Assembly (NCBI GenBank): GCA_963814395.1
Contig: CAWFCS010000033.1
Span: 244,520-308,519, forward strand
Length of the DNA: 64,000 nucleotides
Direction: 5' to 3'
Source of the DNA: an uncultured Acidobacteriota bacterium
GTDB taxonomy: Bacteria; Acidobacteriota; Vicinamibacteria; Vicinamibacterales; UBA2999
Numbering within the stretch: position 1 is the first letter of the stretch; every line of letters begins with the position of its first letter. Position numbers and translations under genes: made by a program. Shown one piece after another: positions 61,224-64,000 of the stretch. Below the pieces are notes generated by a model. That model was not told the origin of the DNA. It searched no databases and was given only the letters and a program-made list of their open reading frames with translations.

Positions 61224-61595
61224 ATGGCGACGACCGTGCACGTACCGCCCGCCCTGTTGAAGTCGGTCGACCGACGCGCGAAAGCGTTGGGCCTGAGCCG
61301 AAATCGCCTGATCGTAAGGGCGCTCGAGCGCGTTGTCAGCGATCGATCGGGCTGGGCACCAGAGTTCCTTCACAAACTGCGTCACGCCGACCCTGTTATC
61401 GCCGAGGCGGTTGATCGCCTGGTCGCCGATGTGACGTCAGCGCGTCGCTCGAAGCGGGGCCTCCGTGCTGTGACCGCCGTACAGGCGCCGGCGATCGCGG
61501 CACATGCACTGGCACTCGGCGCCACCCTCGTGACCTCGAACGTCGAGCACATGGCCCGTGTACCAGGAATTCGAGTCGAAGACTGGGGCCAGTAG
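61224..61595 (+). pseudogene. RHH antitoxin fused in frame to the C-terminal end of a VapC PIN toxin (internally deleted vapBC)
   Basis: N-terminus TTVHVP..LL..VD..AK..GLSRNRLI..AL; C-terminus IAAHALALGATLVTSN..HMARVPGIRVEDW without the PIN N-terminal catalytic motif. Confidence 0.75.
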
Positions 61596-61652
61596 CCCGA
61601 GGCTCCGCCAACCTTCGGACCCATCGGCCTCGCACGGCAGCTGCTCCAGGCG

Positions 61653-62648
61653 TCAGGCACGATCGCGCGTGGGCTGCGCGGCGTGAATCGTCATCACCCG
61701 ACGGGTGATGGCGGCCAGATTAGGCGTTCCACAGCAGCCCATCACGCGCCCGAGTTCTGTTTGCAGCATCTCGATCACAGACTGCACTCCGTCGGCGCCG
61801 TAGGCGGCCAGGCCCCACATCACCGGCCGGGCCACGAGCACCGCGCGCGCGCCTGACGCCAGCGCCTTCATGACGTCGCTGCCGCGGCGGATGCCGCCGT
61901 CGAGTAGCACCGGCATCTGAGGGCCGACGGCGCCGACAATCGGCGCCACGGCGTCAAGCGGTGCGGGTTGCCCTGGTGCCGCGGGCCGTCCGTAGTTAGA
62001 GACGACGAGGCCCTGTGCTCCGTGGGTCACGGCAGTCGTCGCGTCGAGCGCCGTCATCACGCCCTTGACCAGCACCGGCACCGACACGGCGCCGCGAAGC
62101 GCGTCCACGGCGGTCCAGTCGACGCGCGCTGACCGTCGAGCGCCAGACACTGGGGCGCCGACGGTGAGCAGGATGGCCTTGCAGCCGGCGCGCTCTGCGT
62201 CTCGTGCCTGCGCTTGGATTTTCGTTGCGCCGTCTTCGCCGAACACCTGGAAGACGAGCGGTGTCGTGGCCTGCGCCGCCATCGCCTGCACGCTGTGCGA
62301 CGAGCGGCTGCTCACGACGACGGCGGCCTTGGCGGCCGAGGCGCCGCGCAGCGTGGCCAACTCGCCGTCGGGATGGAAGCGGCGCTGGTCGCTGACGGGC
62401 CCGACGACAATCGGCGCAAAGAGCGGCATGCCGGCGAGATCGAGTGACAGGTTCAGGTCGAGGCAGTTCACCATCATCCGCGGCCGGAACGTGATGCGCT
62501 CGAACGCCGCACGCTCGCTGCCAGAGACCAGGCGGAAGAGGTCAGCCGGCAGGATGCGTTCCGCCTCGGCCTCGAACTCCGGGACGTTGACCAGCTCGGC
62601 GCGCGGCGCCACCCGCGCCAGCCACTCACGTCGTGTTTGCATCGCCAT
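61653..62648 (-). CDS. FMN-dependent alpha-hydroxy acid oxidase homolog lacking catalytic residues
   Basis: Fold motifs kept (VKG, DGGIRRGSD..KALA.GA, ARP), but SNHGGR is SNYGRP, FQxY is FQVF and TVD is TVG. Confidence 0.85.
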   Translation of the reverse strand: MAMQTRREWLARVAPRAELVNVPEFEAEAERILPADLFRLVSGSERAAFERITFRPRMMVNCLDLNLSLDLAGMPLFAPIVVGPVSDQRRFHPDGELATLRGASAAKAAVVVSSRSSHSVQAMAAQATTPLVFQVFGEDGATKIQAQARDAERAGCKAILLTVGAPVSGARRSARVDWTAVDALRGAVSVPVLVKGVMTALDATTAVTHGAQGLVVSNYGRPAAPGQPAPLDAVAPIVGAVGPQMPVLLDGGIRRGSDVMKALASGARAVLVARPVMWGLAAYGADGVQSVIEMLQTELGRVMGCCGTPNLAAITRRVMTIHAAQPTRDRA

Positions 62649-62650
62649 GG

Positions 62651-63859
62651 TCAGAGAAACCTCGTGCGCACGGCCGTTCGGTCGAGGTCGGCGAGCGATC
62701 GCCGTCCGGCGGCGGCCATCGCGGCCACGAGCTCGGTCTGCATCATCTCGATCACGCGCTGCACGCCCGGCGGTCCGAAGGCCCCGAGTCCCCACCGGGT
62801 CGCGCGGCCCAGGCAGACGGCGTTGGCGCCCAGGGCCAGCGCCTTCATCACGTCGGCACCGCGCCGGAAGCCGCTGTCGATCAGCACGGGCACGCGCCCG
62901 CGAACCGCGTCGACGATCTCGGGCAGCACTTCCAGGGTGGACTGCCCGTAGTCGAGCGACCGTCCGCCGTGGTTCGACACGATGATGCCCTGCGCGCCGT
63001 GTTCGAGGCAGAGCAACGCGTCTTCGGCCGTGAGGATGCCCTTCACGAGCAGAGGCCCGGTGATGAAGGGGCGGATCTGCTCGAGGTAGCGCCACTCGTA
63101 CCACAAGCGGCCCTCGGGCACGCGATACGGATTGCGCGGCCCGCCGGTGGCCGGTCGCGCCGGTTGTGCCGCCGGCGTACGCGGGCTGCCGCCCAGGTTG
63201 CGCAGATGCTGCGTGCGCTCGTAGAACGTCGCCTGCTGATCGACCGTGACGACGATGGCCTGACAGCCAGCGCCCTGCACGCGATCGAGCATCGCCCGGC
63301 TCTCGTCGAGGCTGCGCCGCGGGTAGAACTGGAACCAGGCCGGGCCGCTCGACGACGTGGCGATCTTCTCGGCCGGCTGGCTGGAGTTGTTGCTGATGAT
63401 GAACGGCGTTTTGGTGGTGGTGGCCGCCTGGTGCATGCCCACTTCGCCGTCGGGGTGCAGTGCCACCTGCAACGCCGTGGGCGCCACGAAGAGCGGGAAG
63501 TCGAGGCTCAGTCCAAGCACCGTCGTGCGCGTGTCGACCGTCGCGGCGTCGATGGGCGCGCGTGGCACCACGTCCACCCAGTCGAACGCGTCGCGATTGC
63601 GCCGGATGGTGGACTCCGAATCGGCGCCGTGTGCGGTGTAGTCGTAGACCGTCTGCGGCACGTTGCCGCGAAACACCGGCTCGAAGTCGAAGATCGACGT
63701 CATCTCATCGAACCCCGGCACCCGTCGATGGTCGGTGCGGGAACTGGGATCGCGCTGTGCGGACACGAGGGGCGACCCGGCCACGAGGGCCGCCAGGCTC
63801 ATGAGCGCTTCGCGCCGGCTCGCGCTTCGCTGCCATCGCCGTTCGAGTGGCCCCACCAT
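62651..63859 (-). CDS. FMN-dependent alpha-hydroxy acid oxidase/dehydrogenase with Tat-like signal
   Basis: AGGAGG RBS; SRREALMSLAALVAG; VYDY, WFQFY, TVD, VKG, SNHGGR, DSGFRRGAD. Confidence 0.9.
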   Translation of the reverse strand: MVGPLERRWQRSASRREALMSLAALVAGSPLVSAQRDPSSRTDHRRVPGFDEMTSIFDFEPVFRGNVPQTVYDYTAHGADSESTIRRNRDAFDWVDVVPRAPIDAATVDTRTTVLGLSLDFPLFVAPTALQVALHPDGEVGMHQAATTTKTPFIISNNSSQPAEKIATSSSGPAWFQFYPRRSLDESRAMLDRVQGAGCQAIVVTVDQQATFYERTQHLRNLGGSPRTPAAQPARPATGGPRNPYRVPEGRLWYEWRYLEQIRPFITGPLLVKGILTAEDALLCLEHGAQGIIVSNHGGRSLDYGQSTLEVLPEIVDAVRGRVPVLIDSGFRRGADVMKALALGANAVCLGRATRWGLGAFGPPGVQRVIEMMQTELVAAMAAAGRRSLADLDRTAVRTRFL

Positions 63860-64000
63860 TGCCTCCTGGGCAGCGCGGCAGACGGGTCGTTGCCGGCCAT
63901 CTCGCCCCTGCGCGCGAACACGCTACGCCCGCGGCTTGCCGAAGTCAACGCGTGGTCAGAGCGGCGTTGGCAGTAGCCCGGGCCTACTTGAGCGCCGCCA

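Overview
This is a high-GC bacterial chromosomal window. The gene repertoire suggests Acidobacteriota, Vicinamibacterales/Luteitalea-like (inference): an Acidobacteria-type TonB-dependent receptor, several Hanks kinase/TolB-repeat proteins, a kinase-linked ECF sigma factor and many secreted beta-propellers. About 20 genes carry single-base frameshifts, most likely long-read indel errors, so I rebuilt several by hand across frames. The main result is a tightly coupled six-gene minus-strand operon (30389->21316) that looks like a cytoplasm-to-surface electron conduit. In order it encodes a membrane-anchored FAD/NAD(P)H/[2Fe-2S] reductase, a His-rich ferric-reductase-like membrane protein, a ~24-heme and a 27-heme c-type cytochrome built from triheme repeats, an AMIN-domain/outer-membrane beta-barrel fusion, and a Zn-ribbon/TPR-like protein. 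It is divergent from an orphan MprA-like response regulator, with three CTCTCA-N6-TCTCATG boxes in the shared intergenic region. Other content: a TonB receptor/PAL-like NHL/two-component locus, an orphan QhpB-like propeller, a low-GC ABC-ATPase + TOPRIM-like pair (candidate defence system), a DUF222-HNH gene, a periplasmic mutarotase/PQQ-GDH/lactonase module, a B3 metallo-beta-lactamase, three toxin-antitoxin loci (one collapsed into a fusion), a patch of gene remnants, and an active plus catalytically degenerate pair of FMN hydroxy-acid oxidases. I saw no rRNA, tRNA or CRISPR array. All family assignments come from motif recognition by eye; no searches were run.
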